Positions 35,131 through 46,760 of a stretch of 64,000 bases of DNA are shown here, one piece after another. The DNA is from Podarcis tiliguerta (Eukaryota). Position numbers and translations under genes: made by a program. Every line of letters begins with the position of its first letter. Positions within the stretch are counted from its first letter, which is position 1. The notes beneath the pieces are model-generated. The model saw nothing but the letters and a program-made list of their open reading frames with translations, was not told the DNA's origin and did not search any database. Location of the stretch: assembly GCA_965153285.1 (NCBI GenBank), contig OZ229118.1; one strand, written 5' to 3'.

Positions 35131-35509
35131 AGATATCGGACTGAAGGTGACTGGTTTTTAGCAAGAAAGGTGAACAGAAAAAGATCCAAAATTTAGATTG
35201 AAGGAAATATAATTATGGGACATGGATTTAAGATGATGAGAAAATTAAATTATGATAAGGGGAAAGAATTTGCAGACAGAACATTTGATTTGGAATACAG
35301 AGTAGGGAGGTTGGGGGAAGTCGCAGAAACAAGTAAACGCAAGGTTATTATGAAGATTTTCTTTTTAATTTTCTTTATTTTTATTGTTTATCACTGTTGT
35401 TTTTGTGTTTTATGTTTGTGTATTTTTTTGTGTTATGTGTTGTTTATGCTGTTTTTTATTGTCTATGTAAAACTTAATAAATATTTATATAAAAAAAAGA
35501 AAAAAGAAG
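33902..35509 (+). mobile_element. 5'-truncated LINE-1 (L1-clade) insertion
   Basis: ORF2 C-terminus, T-rich 3' UTR, AATAAA at 35476-35481 and an A-rich tail. Exact 15-bp TSD AAGAAATTATTAATA at 33887-33901 and 35510-35524. Confidence 0.95.
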
Positions 35510-38500
35510 AAGAAATTATTAATAACTGAAAACAGACATTACCAAAACCAATCTTTTTTAATTTGACATGGAAATAAAAGATATCAATTAAAGGAGAGGC
35601 TTTTACTTAAATGAATCGTTGGCGTATTTAGCTGGCCTCAATCCAGCCAGATGATTGGTTACTCCACAGAGCTATAACAAAGTAATTAAAAATAATAAAA
35701 GTTCACATAGTGATGTGTTTTGCTTTTTCATTATTTTACCACCCCAAGTTTATACCTCAAAGAAAGAGAAGCAGCACTGGATATTATTTCAAGATGAAAA
35801 ATAGTCATATTCCAATTTTCAGTGATATACCTCCCAAGTAGATCCAATGCATCCATGTTGTGGCCATGTTTTTGTACCCTGGACATGTACAAAATGCTGT
35901 CTTAAAACCTGTCTATCTCTCCATTGAGGCTCCCTAAAGAATCACAAAAAGCACAAGCATCAGGAAGACAAAAACATCTTAGACATCAATCCAAGGTCCT
36001 CATGTGAATTTGGGTGTATATTGAAAGTGTGTGCGCTTCTGTTATGGATGCATCAATAAAGGTGGGATAAAGCACAATCAATGGAGGGGCCCAGCCATGG
36101 TAAGAAAGATAGCAAACTCTTCAATTTGTCAGTCATTATTAAATGTTCTGTCTACAGAAAAGAGTTTAGAGCAGCACTTTTCTCCCAGCCACCCTTTATG
36201 TCTCTCTTCTCACCACTACACACAGAGAAAGAAAGAGACAGACAGAGATAGAGAAATATTTCTCTAACTACTTTTAAAGATTCCTAAGCTTTCAACTCCA
36301 GCAGCTACTCAGTTCAAAGGAAGAACAGCTAAAATGGAGAAATATGGATTTTTGGAAATATTGACAAGAAAGCTGCCTTTTCATTTTACTTAAAAAAAAA
36401 AACCCCAACCACCCATATCCCTAAAAAGCAAGCATATGGGAATTTATGTTGCAAGTTCTTACAGACGTGAGCTAGCTTTTATTCTTGCAAGTGCCATCTT
36501 TTGTAGGTATGCTTGCAAGATCCAATCCAATGAAAGTAAGGGGAAGTAGTGTTCAGACAAAAAAAAAGTTCCCATGCCATTATTCTGAACTCTTTCCAGA
36601 ATTCATAGCAGTGGGCAAATTGTCTACATTATGTTCTTCTCTAAATATGAATTAGTGCATTGTGAGAAGGACACAGAATTGCACTTGGCCCAAGTAAACC
36701 TTTGCTCACATCTTTGCTTAGCCATGAAGCTCACTTGGGCAAGCCACTAGCCCAGTTGAGATGTCATGGAAAACCATGATGTCCCATGTATTATATCAAG
36801 CGTCAGGTGCTCTCCATTCTCTTTACTCCTATGTGCATTTGAGGACTCTCCAGAGCCAATTTATGGGGGTATGAGGGACTGCAGGATGAGGAGGAGAGAA
36901 GGAGACATTCCATTGCATCTGCTCATGCGATGTTGGATATTGCCAAACAACTTTGGACTCTGATAGTCTTTTCAGATAGACCTAGTATTTGCCTGCTTTT
37001 ACTTTAAATGACCAAAATGCATCTTTGAATAGTTTTACAGCAATAAAATATACAAAGAGAAATGCAAACATGAGTTGTAGAGCTGGAAAAAATGAACTGG
37101 CTCGGTAGGTGATCTGTAAATCAAGATGTCTGTTGTCCAATTTGATCAGGTTTCACATTTCAGTAATTCTTGCAGCCTCAGCTCTCTCATCAGCAACATG
37201 GGACTGACTGACTTTATAGAAGAGCTAGCCAACATGTAGGACTCCAACTCCCATCAGGCCCAGCCAACATGGCCAATAATCAGGGAAGATTGGAGCTGGA
37301 GTCTATCACGTCTGGAGGTCACCATGTTGACTGCTTCTGCTTCATAAGGTTATTTTAAGAGTTGTTGGGATAAAATATCTAAAGATCTTTGAACAGTCTC
37401 TAAGAGTAAGTATAAGAAGACATGTGGAATATAAAAGTTCAGATAATGGAAGGTCTGCTGAATTTACTCTTGGAAAAAGATAGAAAAGAGACAGGGTCAT
37501 GATATACAGAACTTCGGTTTGCCATGCACCAAACTAGCTGCAAATAAATCTTGCCAGCTCTATTCATTTTTATCTGTTTATTTTATTGATTCATCACAGA
37601 GGAAATGCAGGGATTATCATCGATTGAGATTGTTTCTCTCTTACTTGCTGTGAGAGCACTGCAAGCATGTGGAGATAAATTGTACTTGTTAAAGTGGATT
37701 CTGGAAATTATATTTCTTCTCAATGGTATGAAAAATGTATCACTTGGTATAATTTATTCATGTGCATTATACTGCTATGTGTTTGCTCTACACTGACAGA
37801 AAAGACTTTTAACATTAGCCCATGTGGGATGGAAGAAAGCAGCCAGATAACAATCTGTACCGTCATGCTTGGGTTTGAGATGCAATATGTAAAGCTCAGG
37901 AATCTCGCAGGGCTGATACACTACAATTAAAACACAAATGCCAAACAAGTTATGCACCAAGGCTCCAGAAAAGCATATTTTGGTTCCTGCCAGAAAGATG
38001 TGCCTAACACAGAACAAGAGAGATTACTGTTAGAACAGTGCCAATGCATATTGCTCTGAGAATTTGTCATGAGAAGAAAGCAAAGCTCAAGTAATACAAA
38101 ATAAACATTTGCTCTTGGAGCTGAGATTTCCCCAGAAGGACTAGTAGCAGTTAGATGTCTAATCATACAGGTGCTGAGCAAATGATAAATAAAATTAAAT
38201 GAATAAATAAAATCAAAGCAAACTAGGTGGTTAATGAAGCTCAAATTAAGATAGGGAGAACTTCCAAATGGCTGGCTTTTGTAACTGGTTGAAGGGTAGT
38301 TATTATTTATATTATAATTATCTCAGATCTTTCCCACATTATGAGTCTAATCTGGAAGAATTAGATCTGTGAGTGAACAATTTAAGGATCAGTTTTCAGT
38401 AACAGCGCCTAGAAGTGCTAAATAGTAACATTGTAAAGGTTGAGGACATTGTGATTGCAAAAACTCTTCTGGATCATCCACATACCTTACTCCACTCTTG

Positions 38501-39989
38501 AAAGTATTTGGTGTGTGTGTTCGTTTATCTGGTTTCTTCTAAGTAAAAACTAGAGTTGCCACTCAAGTTTTTACTAAAAAGAAATTATATGAAAATGGTG
38601 GGATCTCTCCTTAGGCGCAACGACAGAAAAGTTTCAAGGAATGCCTACCCAGCTTCAATATGACTAGTGACATTTCTTGATGGAGTTTTGACCTTCATGC
38701 TTGTATCTCATCACTAAACACTACATGATTTATGTCCCTCTCAACTTCTGGTTTAGACTAAAAGTACGAAAAGATGCACAAAACCTCATAGGGAATAAGG
38801 ATGGCCATCTTCTAACTATGGGCATTGTAAAATAACATAGGTGAAGGCAATATCTAGGAATGATAGCTTGAAAGTGGTAGGTTAGGCCTTTGCTATGGTG
38901 GATTGTTATTTAAACACACATGATTACTGCGGTGTGTCTTTTTTTATACAACAAAACATCTCTGAACACTGCAGTACAAGACACGGTAGTGCAAATCTTT
39001 GTATAACCATACAGAGGAGCTGCAGATGCAATGCATGATGGTAACAGGAAGAGTGTTAAATAAATAATGAGGCATGCGTGTAAAAGTGCTCACTTCATTG
39101 CAGTCCTGGGGGAAGTTGGCGATCTGTTTTAAATATATTTATCTGTACACATATAAAGCATTTTCCTGAAATATTTCTTGTGTCCATATTCAGTCTTGTG
39201 CTCCCTAATTTCCTGTTTCTCTTCCATTTGTGACACAGTCTCAGTACTTATTATAATTGCAGCATGTTCTTCTGACAGCTTTTCATTGCTAAGTGCTTGG
39301 CATTAAGTTGGACTCACTGGCTTCTTAAAAAGCAGCTGCATTTTGCCTTTGTCCAGGGAAAAGCAAATTGTCAACTTCCCGTCAAGCTGATGCCACACTG
39401 AATTACAGGCTGTGATTGTTAAGCAGTGTCCTAATTACAGGTAAGGTGATACATTAGTGCTGTAAAAATACCAGCTATGATGCAAGGAACATAGCATGCA
39501 TCTCAATCATTTTATTTTGCAGAAAATATATCGGGTCTGGAGGAGTCAATATGAAATGATTACACATTTCTGGAGGCATTTTGATTATGCTCCAGCAGCA
39601 TTTAAACATGACTTGAAATATATTCAAATCTAACAGCAATTAAAGTTGTTTTTCTAGCATCTGAAGTGGGATCCTTAAGGGTTGTTAAAATGTTTAGTGA
39701 GTCCGAAATATTGCAGAACATGCATCAATCTTTTCAGAGTAGCCTCACACTCAGATTTGCCTCTGTTTCCAGTAGCAAGTAAGGCCCACTGAGCATTCTC
39801 CTGCCCTAATGTCATTGCACAGTTCCTCTTCATCTTAGTCTGCCTGATGGATGCAAAGTTCCTAATGGATCTGTTCTGCTCATGTAATGGCACTAAAACA
39901 AAGTATCTGATGGATTTATAAACTTCTGAGATGGCAGCTCTGGGGCTGCAGTTTGCAGGGGGGGGTGGTTGCCTCACCTATTGAGATGT

Positions 39990-40520
39990 GAAACTAAATC
40001 CAGAGGGGTGAGAAGACAATATTACAGATGACAGGGGAACACCTGGTACTGGGGATAATAGCTTCACTGATGCACAGAAAACTGAAGCTACAGAAACCTG
40101 CCAGAGGGCAGGAAACTACAAAAAGGAAGCAGCTGGAAGGAATGACTCATGGTTTCAGTTGTCTCTATACTAATCCTCAGAGTATGGGAAGCAAGCAAGA
40201 TGAATTGGTGCTCTTAATACAAGATAGCAAACATGACCTAGTAGGCATTAGTGAAACCTGATGGGTTGAGGCTCATGACTGGAATGTAGAAATTGAGGGG
40301 TATAACCTATACAAAAGCAACAGACCAAATAGAAATACAAAAGGAATAGCATTATATGCAAAGGATGTGTGCACTTGTGAATAATCCATGACCTGGAGCA
40401 TGGAAGTCAGATGGAGACTATAGAAATGGAAGAGAGGGAAACAACAGTGACCTTATTGTGGGTTTCTGCTATAGACCTCCAAGCCAGACTGAAGACTTGG
40501 ATGATGCCTTCCTAGAGCAG
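39990..40520 (+). mobile_element. CR1 LINE fragment covering the ORF1/ORF2 boundary and endonuclease domain
   Basis: CLYTNPQSMGSKQDEL...HDLVGISET*WVEAHDWNVEIEGYNLY and DLIVGFCYRPPSQTEDLDDAFLEQ are APE-endonuclease motifs of CR1 ORF2, with stops and frameshifts. Confidence 0.88.
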
Positions 40521-41045
40521 AATGGGGGAGTATTGTCAGTCCTCAAAGTATGAGGTAAATCAGACAGCCACCCTGTTTTCTTGAACTTGCAGTATGGGAT
40601 TAGCCAATCACCATTTGTTCTGAGTTGGAATTTTGGGGTTATTTCCCTCAATACTCTATTGGGGAAGAGGATTCATTACTTCACACAAGTTCTATTTCTT
40701 CTTGTTGTTTATTAATCATTACACTGGGCAACAATTTTTTACTTTTTGAATGTTGTCTAGATTTCTACAACTGATTTAGGGTATTTTTGCACTGCTGAAT
40801 CAGGAAATGGCATCCGTTTCTCTCCATCAGTTCAGGTTTACTGTAAACTGAATGGTGGGCATTGATAAAGGTAAGTACACGTAAATTGCATGTTGCTTCA
40901 CCAGTCTTTCTTCATGTAATGCTGAGCACGGTAAAATCCTAAAAAAAACCCCAGCAACTTTGGTCGGCCCTCACGCATGTTCACTTCATCAAATCTGGCC
41001 CTCTATGAAAAAAGTTGGGGCACCCCTCTTCTACAGTGTTCTGTA

Positions 41046-41343
41046 AAGAAGAAGAAGAGAAAGAGAAGGAGGAGAAGAAGAAGAAGAGGAGGAGGAGGAG
41101 GAGGAATTTGGATTTGATATCCCGCTTTCTCACTACCCGAAGGAGTCTCAAAGCAGCTAACATTCTCCTTTCCCTTCCTCCCCCACAACAAACACTCTGT
41201 GAGGTGAGTGGGGCTGAGAGACTTCAGAGAAGTATGACTAGCCCAAGGTCACCCAGCAGCTGCATGTGGAGGAGCGGAGACGCGAATCCGGTTCCCCTGA
41301 TTATAAGACTACCGCTCTTAACCACTACACCACACTGGCTCTC
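41046..41343 (-). mobile_element. tRNA-derived SINE (Squam3-type)
   Basis: Reverse complement of 16098-16400, with a (GAA/GAG)n tail on the plus strand. Confidence 0.88.
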
Positions 41344-44300
41344 AGTTTGCCTAGGTTAATTAAAGACATTCCTGACACCCAATTCTACTGTTTCTTACTA
41401 TGTTTCTGTTATCTCTGCATTGGATGATACTTGGTGACAAGCAAAGTTATCATTATCTATTTTTCCAATAATATGGCATGTCTATCCAGTATGTAGATGT
41501 GTGCTGCCATTTCCTCCCTTCCAGAAAGACCGAAAACATTTTACTCTGGCTTTCTCCTGATGGGATTTATTTATTCATTCTGATGACATATGGTTTATTT
41601 ACACATATATACAACCTGAAGCCACTATGGAGGGCATTGCTAGTCCAAGATGTTCTGTCCCTCTCAAAGGCATGGCAGCACCCTTGCCCTGGCAACCTGC
41701 TCTCCCACCTGTTCTAGCCTTGCTAACTTTTCATAACACAGAGAGAAGCCCCATTCATCTGCATTCTCACACCTAATTCTTTGATGCTTTGTTGTGCTAA
41801 TGGATCATTACTCCCAAGCTATCACCTCAAGGAAATTAGCTTTTACACGTGTTGATTGCCTAGGATTAAAGGATGCCGCTGATACACAACTTAGGAAGTT
41901 TGCCTAGGTTAATTAATTCTTCACATGTGCTAATTCCAGGGGCTTTGAAGTAGTCTCATACACAACCCAACACACATATGGATCTATCCTAAGACAGAAG
42001 GGTCAGACATCCTGTTTTAGAATACCAGTCTAATTAAAATTTAACATTTACCGGTATTAAACCCAGGCATTTAGCCCCGCATGACCTATAATAATAATAC
42101 CGTTTTAGCATGTAATGCAGAACAAGTAGTTTCCTCAGTAACACAGACAAACCCTTATAAATGCTGCCACAGAGCTATGGTGTCTTTTCTTTCACATTGT
42201 CTCATGCTGGTTTGCATAAGCAGATGACACAACTGCATTTCTTGAACAGAAATATATATTACAAAGATAGGTCCTGGAGGTATTATACAGCCTCTTGAAC
42301 TGCTCTATCTTGCCCACTACAGATAATTGAGCTGCTGGGTGAACCAGAATACATTTTTCTTTGTAAGAATGATGTGGAGAAAACAAGAATGAGTTCAGAA
42401 ATATCTCTATAGCATGGACAAATATGTTTGTCCTACTTTGCCATGCCTAAGAAATCTAATTAAAAGTGGAATATCTTTGTGTGGTAAATTGGCCACGATG
42501 GAGTGATTTTATTGAAAGAGGCAGTTGAATTCACATACTTGAAATAATGAAACTTTAAAGCCCATCACGGATGGAATAAGGAGGAAAGGCTTCTTCTAAT
42601 TGCTCTTATTATGTGTTCCAATTAGGAGGCAAGTGCTGTTGTTTCATAGGTGTTCAGGGCAAAGTTCTCACCTCATCAATGTTACTGTTGCTCATTTTGT
42701 GGGAGCCTCTGGATGTGACTGATAAAACTCACTATGTAACTTTGATTGATGGCACCATTCAAGAAGATACATAAGGAAAACATCCGCATGAAGCTAATGG
42801 GTTTTTCAGCGTAGAATGCTAACATAGCATTGGCCAGTCATTTGGTACCAACCTTTCTATTTATTTGAACTGAAGTAGCCAAAAGGCAGTTCAGTCCCTG
42901 ACCTAAGATTTGTGTGCATGCATTAAACTGCCCAATTACTTCCATCCCTATCTCTGCATTTTGGAGTGCTTGTTGTGCAGATCTTTTCAACATTTCCTGA
43001 GCGAGGCAGCAGGGACCATTCACATGCTGTACCCAGCACAGGCTTTGCAGTAAAGTGTAGACACCATATGGTACATATGTCAACATGGGATTTGACCATG
43101 CCGTCTTGTACCTGCTTTTTATAGAAACATTTCCGATACTTCCAGTTCACTGCTGAAGTATTGAAATGGGAGCGTGGAAAGCTCTTGGACAAACATATTC
43201 CTAAATTTGCAGTCTCATAATCTAAAGTGCCTGAATCCATTCTCACATTTGCAGCATGAAGAGAAAGAGAGTCTGTATATAGGTTACAGTCACACAACAT
43301 TTTCCAGTGATTAAGGACATCTGCATAGTATATGAATGAGAGAAGACATAAACACATTTAGGCTTCCAGATTGCAGAGTAGTTGTTTTCACAAACATGAC
43401 CCTGGGGGAGATTACACACATAATCCTTAGACAGGATCCTTAGACAGGCTATGGGATGTTTCCAAACACTTTGTGTAACCTGTAGAGATCTAAAGGAAGC
43501 AGCAAAAATATGAGACTCTGGTTCAATATCAAGCATAGAAATTGCATTTCCTGTGCTCCTTGTTGACTTCTAAGTGTTTACAAAAACCACAGACTGGAAT
43601 CTAGTTTTAATAAATAATCATTTCCATTGTATGTATAATTTAGCATCTGCTTTATTTTTGAAAGCAGCGAGCATATTGTTTAGTGCCTTGAAGTACACAT
43701 CAAGCTACTCATTTCAAGTCAATGAAGAACTGCTTCTATTTTATATGAAATATATCAAAAGGAAACACCATAATCTTCTGATAGGTCTGTGCATCCAACT
43801 CAGTAGACACACTACTAAGACAAACATTATGAATAGTTAATAGACAATAATCAAGCTATATTAAGTATATTTTTCTTGTTTGTACTGCCAATCCAGAAGT
43901 TGCGAAATAAAATACGATCCCTTTTTACTTTGTATTTGAAGTTTTTTCACCCCGATCTTTAAAACAGTATTTTGGAATAAATCTGAATGATGCAGTGAAG
44001 CTGGTGCTCAGGGAGACATGCCTAAGAGCTTATCAGAAGTTTCCAAACCTCTTCGAACTCTTAAACATAGATTTCTATGCAGTTTGCCTCCAAATGCATA
44101 ACTGCACATTGCTTTTTTCTTTTAAAAATGTTTAGGGGTTCTCTCTTTTTAACTCAGGAAAATCACCATTTTATAGTTCAAATTAGGGAATATAAATACA
44201 GTAAATGGACAAAAGTACAAAGATTCACAAAATGTTTAGGGATCTGCATACCCCCAGAAAAAAAGCACTGGGTCTAATCAAAACTTAACAGTTCAATACT

Positions 44301-45300
44301 ATGAATATCAGTCAATTCCACTTAATTCAATGGGAGACGGGTTAAGTATTTATAGATTGCACCCTGAATTCTCTTAAAAGAGAACATTATTTAAGTCAGC
44401 TTCTGTGAGCTGGGTGCTACAATAATGTTCTCTGTCTCAAACTTAACATACTTGAAAGACCTTGCCCTCTATGGCTATAAAAGGAGTGACAGCAGCCACA
44501 GGCTTAGAGATGGGAATGTTTCACCCTGTTCACCACAGACTTGGAGATGAACCAGTTTTTTAAACACACACACCAAAACCGGAATACCTCATTTCCCAAG
44601 TCAGCCAGGCTCAGGAGGGAAATCCACCCTGACAACCATCTGAATCTCCAACATTCCCTTGAAAGCTCATCTCTCCTCAATACCCTCCACCCTCTTGAAG
44701 ACTTCTCTGAATGGATTGTGACTGGGGCAGAAGTGGGATTGTGCAGGGAGAGAGGAGGAGACAGGTCTGATCCTTCTTTCCCACACTTGGCATCCTACAC
44801 CAGTGCTGCCTAGTGCACCAAGGCAAAACACCCAGTGGTCCATAGGAGGGGTCTGCTGAGACTCCTGCAATTGCATTCTAATGCATAGGAAAAACTGAGT
44901 GTCTCAAAAGATAGTAAGGCTTCGCCCACATTTACCACTTGCGGCGGATCTCCACTCGTGGATTATAACGTTAAAGAAGAGTTAAGGGGTGGTTCTCAGA
45001 ACCTTCATGGACACATTGTGTCCTACTTTTAAAGTTCATAATGCGTTATTAAAATGCGATGCAGAGCAACCAGCAACCGGCAGCAGGGAAACAGCATTTT
45101 TACAGAGGAAGGAACGTTTTTAATATACCAAAATGCCCTGTGACGATATATCTTATATTGTTCTAATAAAGGTCAGTGTAGATCCAGCCTTGCTTGCTTG
45201 GTTGTATTAATAATCCATGGAAGATGATAATGCGAGAAAGTGATTCCCCTTTCTATAGAGATCAACAGTGGTCTGTCAAAGAGCTGCTTGCCTCTTACAT

Positions 45301-45433
45301 TAAGGTTACAAGATGTCCCCGTTTCCCGGGGACAGTCTCCAGATCTACAAATCAGTCCCTTGACAAAATCCATCCATTCCGATTGAAGTTGAAAAGTGTC
45401 CCCAGATTCATTGAAAAAAACCTGGCAACCTTA
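45301..45433. mobile_element. hAT (Tip100-like) MITE
   Basis: TIRs TAAGGTTACAAG and CTGGCAACCTTA. Exact 8-bp TSD TCTTACAT at 45293-45300 and 45434-45441. Confidence 0.85.
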
Positions 45434-46489
45434 TCTTACATGTCATTCCAGTTCTTGATTTTAAGATTGGAATTCCAAGTGTTGTTTGTGTCATTTGAAA
45501 GTTTTAAATATTTGCATTAATCTTAGGGAGGGGGGTTGGGGGGATATATTTACGGAAGTTTTGCTGTGCTTATGGATTTCTTTTCTTACTTGTGCATACA
45601 ATGTGCCATACCTTTTCTTTTTTCTATTTTTGTATACAATATTGCAACTGTTATGCAGTGGGATGATCACCAGCAGCCATCAATTTCATAGGAACGATAA
45701 GCAAGAGACTAAAAACAATGGATTTTCTTCCCACATTTCCTACTGGAACAAAATAACTTCACATCCATATACTCTAAAGTAGCGTCACTTAAAAGCCCAC
45801 TTGCATCAGTTACATTATGAAATGAAGACGGATCCAATTCCCCAGTAGCATTTTGTCTCTTTTTACTATCTGTTAAGCTGAATAGCTAACACAAATTGAA
45901 CTTGGGCACATTTTGAATCTCTTTTCTACTTCAGATCTACCATCTACAATGCATCTTTAAAAAAATAAAAAAATCTAAAAGTTGTAAGACCTGCCCTAAT
46001 AACTTGTTCCCCTGAGTGCTTGGATTAAACAGTTCCTTGTCATCTTTTCTAAAGGCTTTATTTCTCTTTTGTACGCTTGAAAGGGGCTTAAAAAGTGTTC
46101 GCGATTTCACACCTATGGGTCTGACACTGCAACATTCATGCTGATGATGCTATAGCCTGTGCAATGCCAGCTTCAGGCATTTGGGAAGCTGGAACATGGA
46201 AATTCCATATCCTCCCTTGCTGATGGTGCTCAGTTCTTTCCTAAAGACCTGTCGAACCTCCCCCACACAGACACAAAGATGCACACATGGTGAGCAGAAG
46301 GACAGAATTGCCCATGCTCTTACAGCGCAAGAGTATAAGGGCTTCTAAGCTGTTCCAATTGTTCTAGAACTGATTCAGCCCTGAACCAGAACCATGGACA
46401 GGGTGGGCCAATTGGCTGCACTGCCCCACCCCACAGCAACTATTTGCCCCACTTAAGTAAAAAAAGAATGAACTGCTCATGATCTTGTA

Positions 46490-46760
46490 CCTTATTGTTC
46501 CGGTACATTCTCTATAATGCCTATCAGTTTCGACATGTAAACTAAATCCCATATCCAATTCAACCAATCTCTTATTAACAGAGGTTCCTGTTGTTTCCAC
46601 TTATGGCTGATTGCAATCCTAGCTGCTGTATGTAAAGGCACAATCATTTCTCTGTTCTCCTCCATGCTTCTCTTTAAACTTTGCCAAACACAGTAAGTAT
46701 CAAACCAGATGCTAACTGATATTGTGACGTTTCCTTGATGATATCCAACCACCACTGCTT
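46490..46760 (-). mobile_element. Old L1 ORF2 C-terminal fragment
   Basis: EENREMIVPLHTAARIAISHKWKQQEPLLIRDWLNWIWDL corresponds to the same ORF2 motif as in the 33.9-kb L1. Confidence 0.7.

Noticed and set aside
40981-41359. ORFs nearly identical to those at 15.9-16.5 kb, suggesting a duplicated gene
   Set aside because: Both are copies of the same SINE.
42838-43536. Three staggered minus-strand ORFs (82-144 aa), a possible frameshifted pseudogene
   Set aside because: No recognisable motif, coding bias or splice boundaries; consistent with chance.
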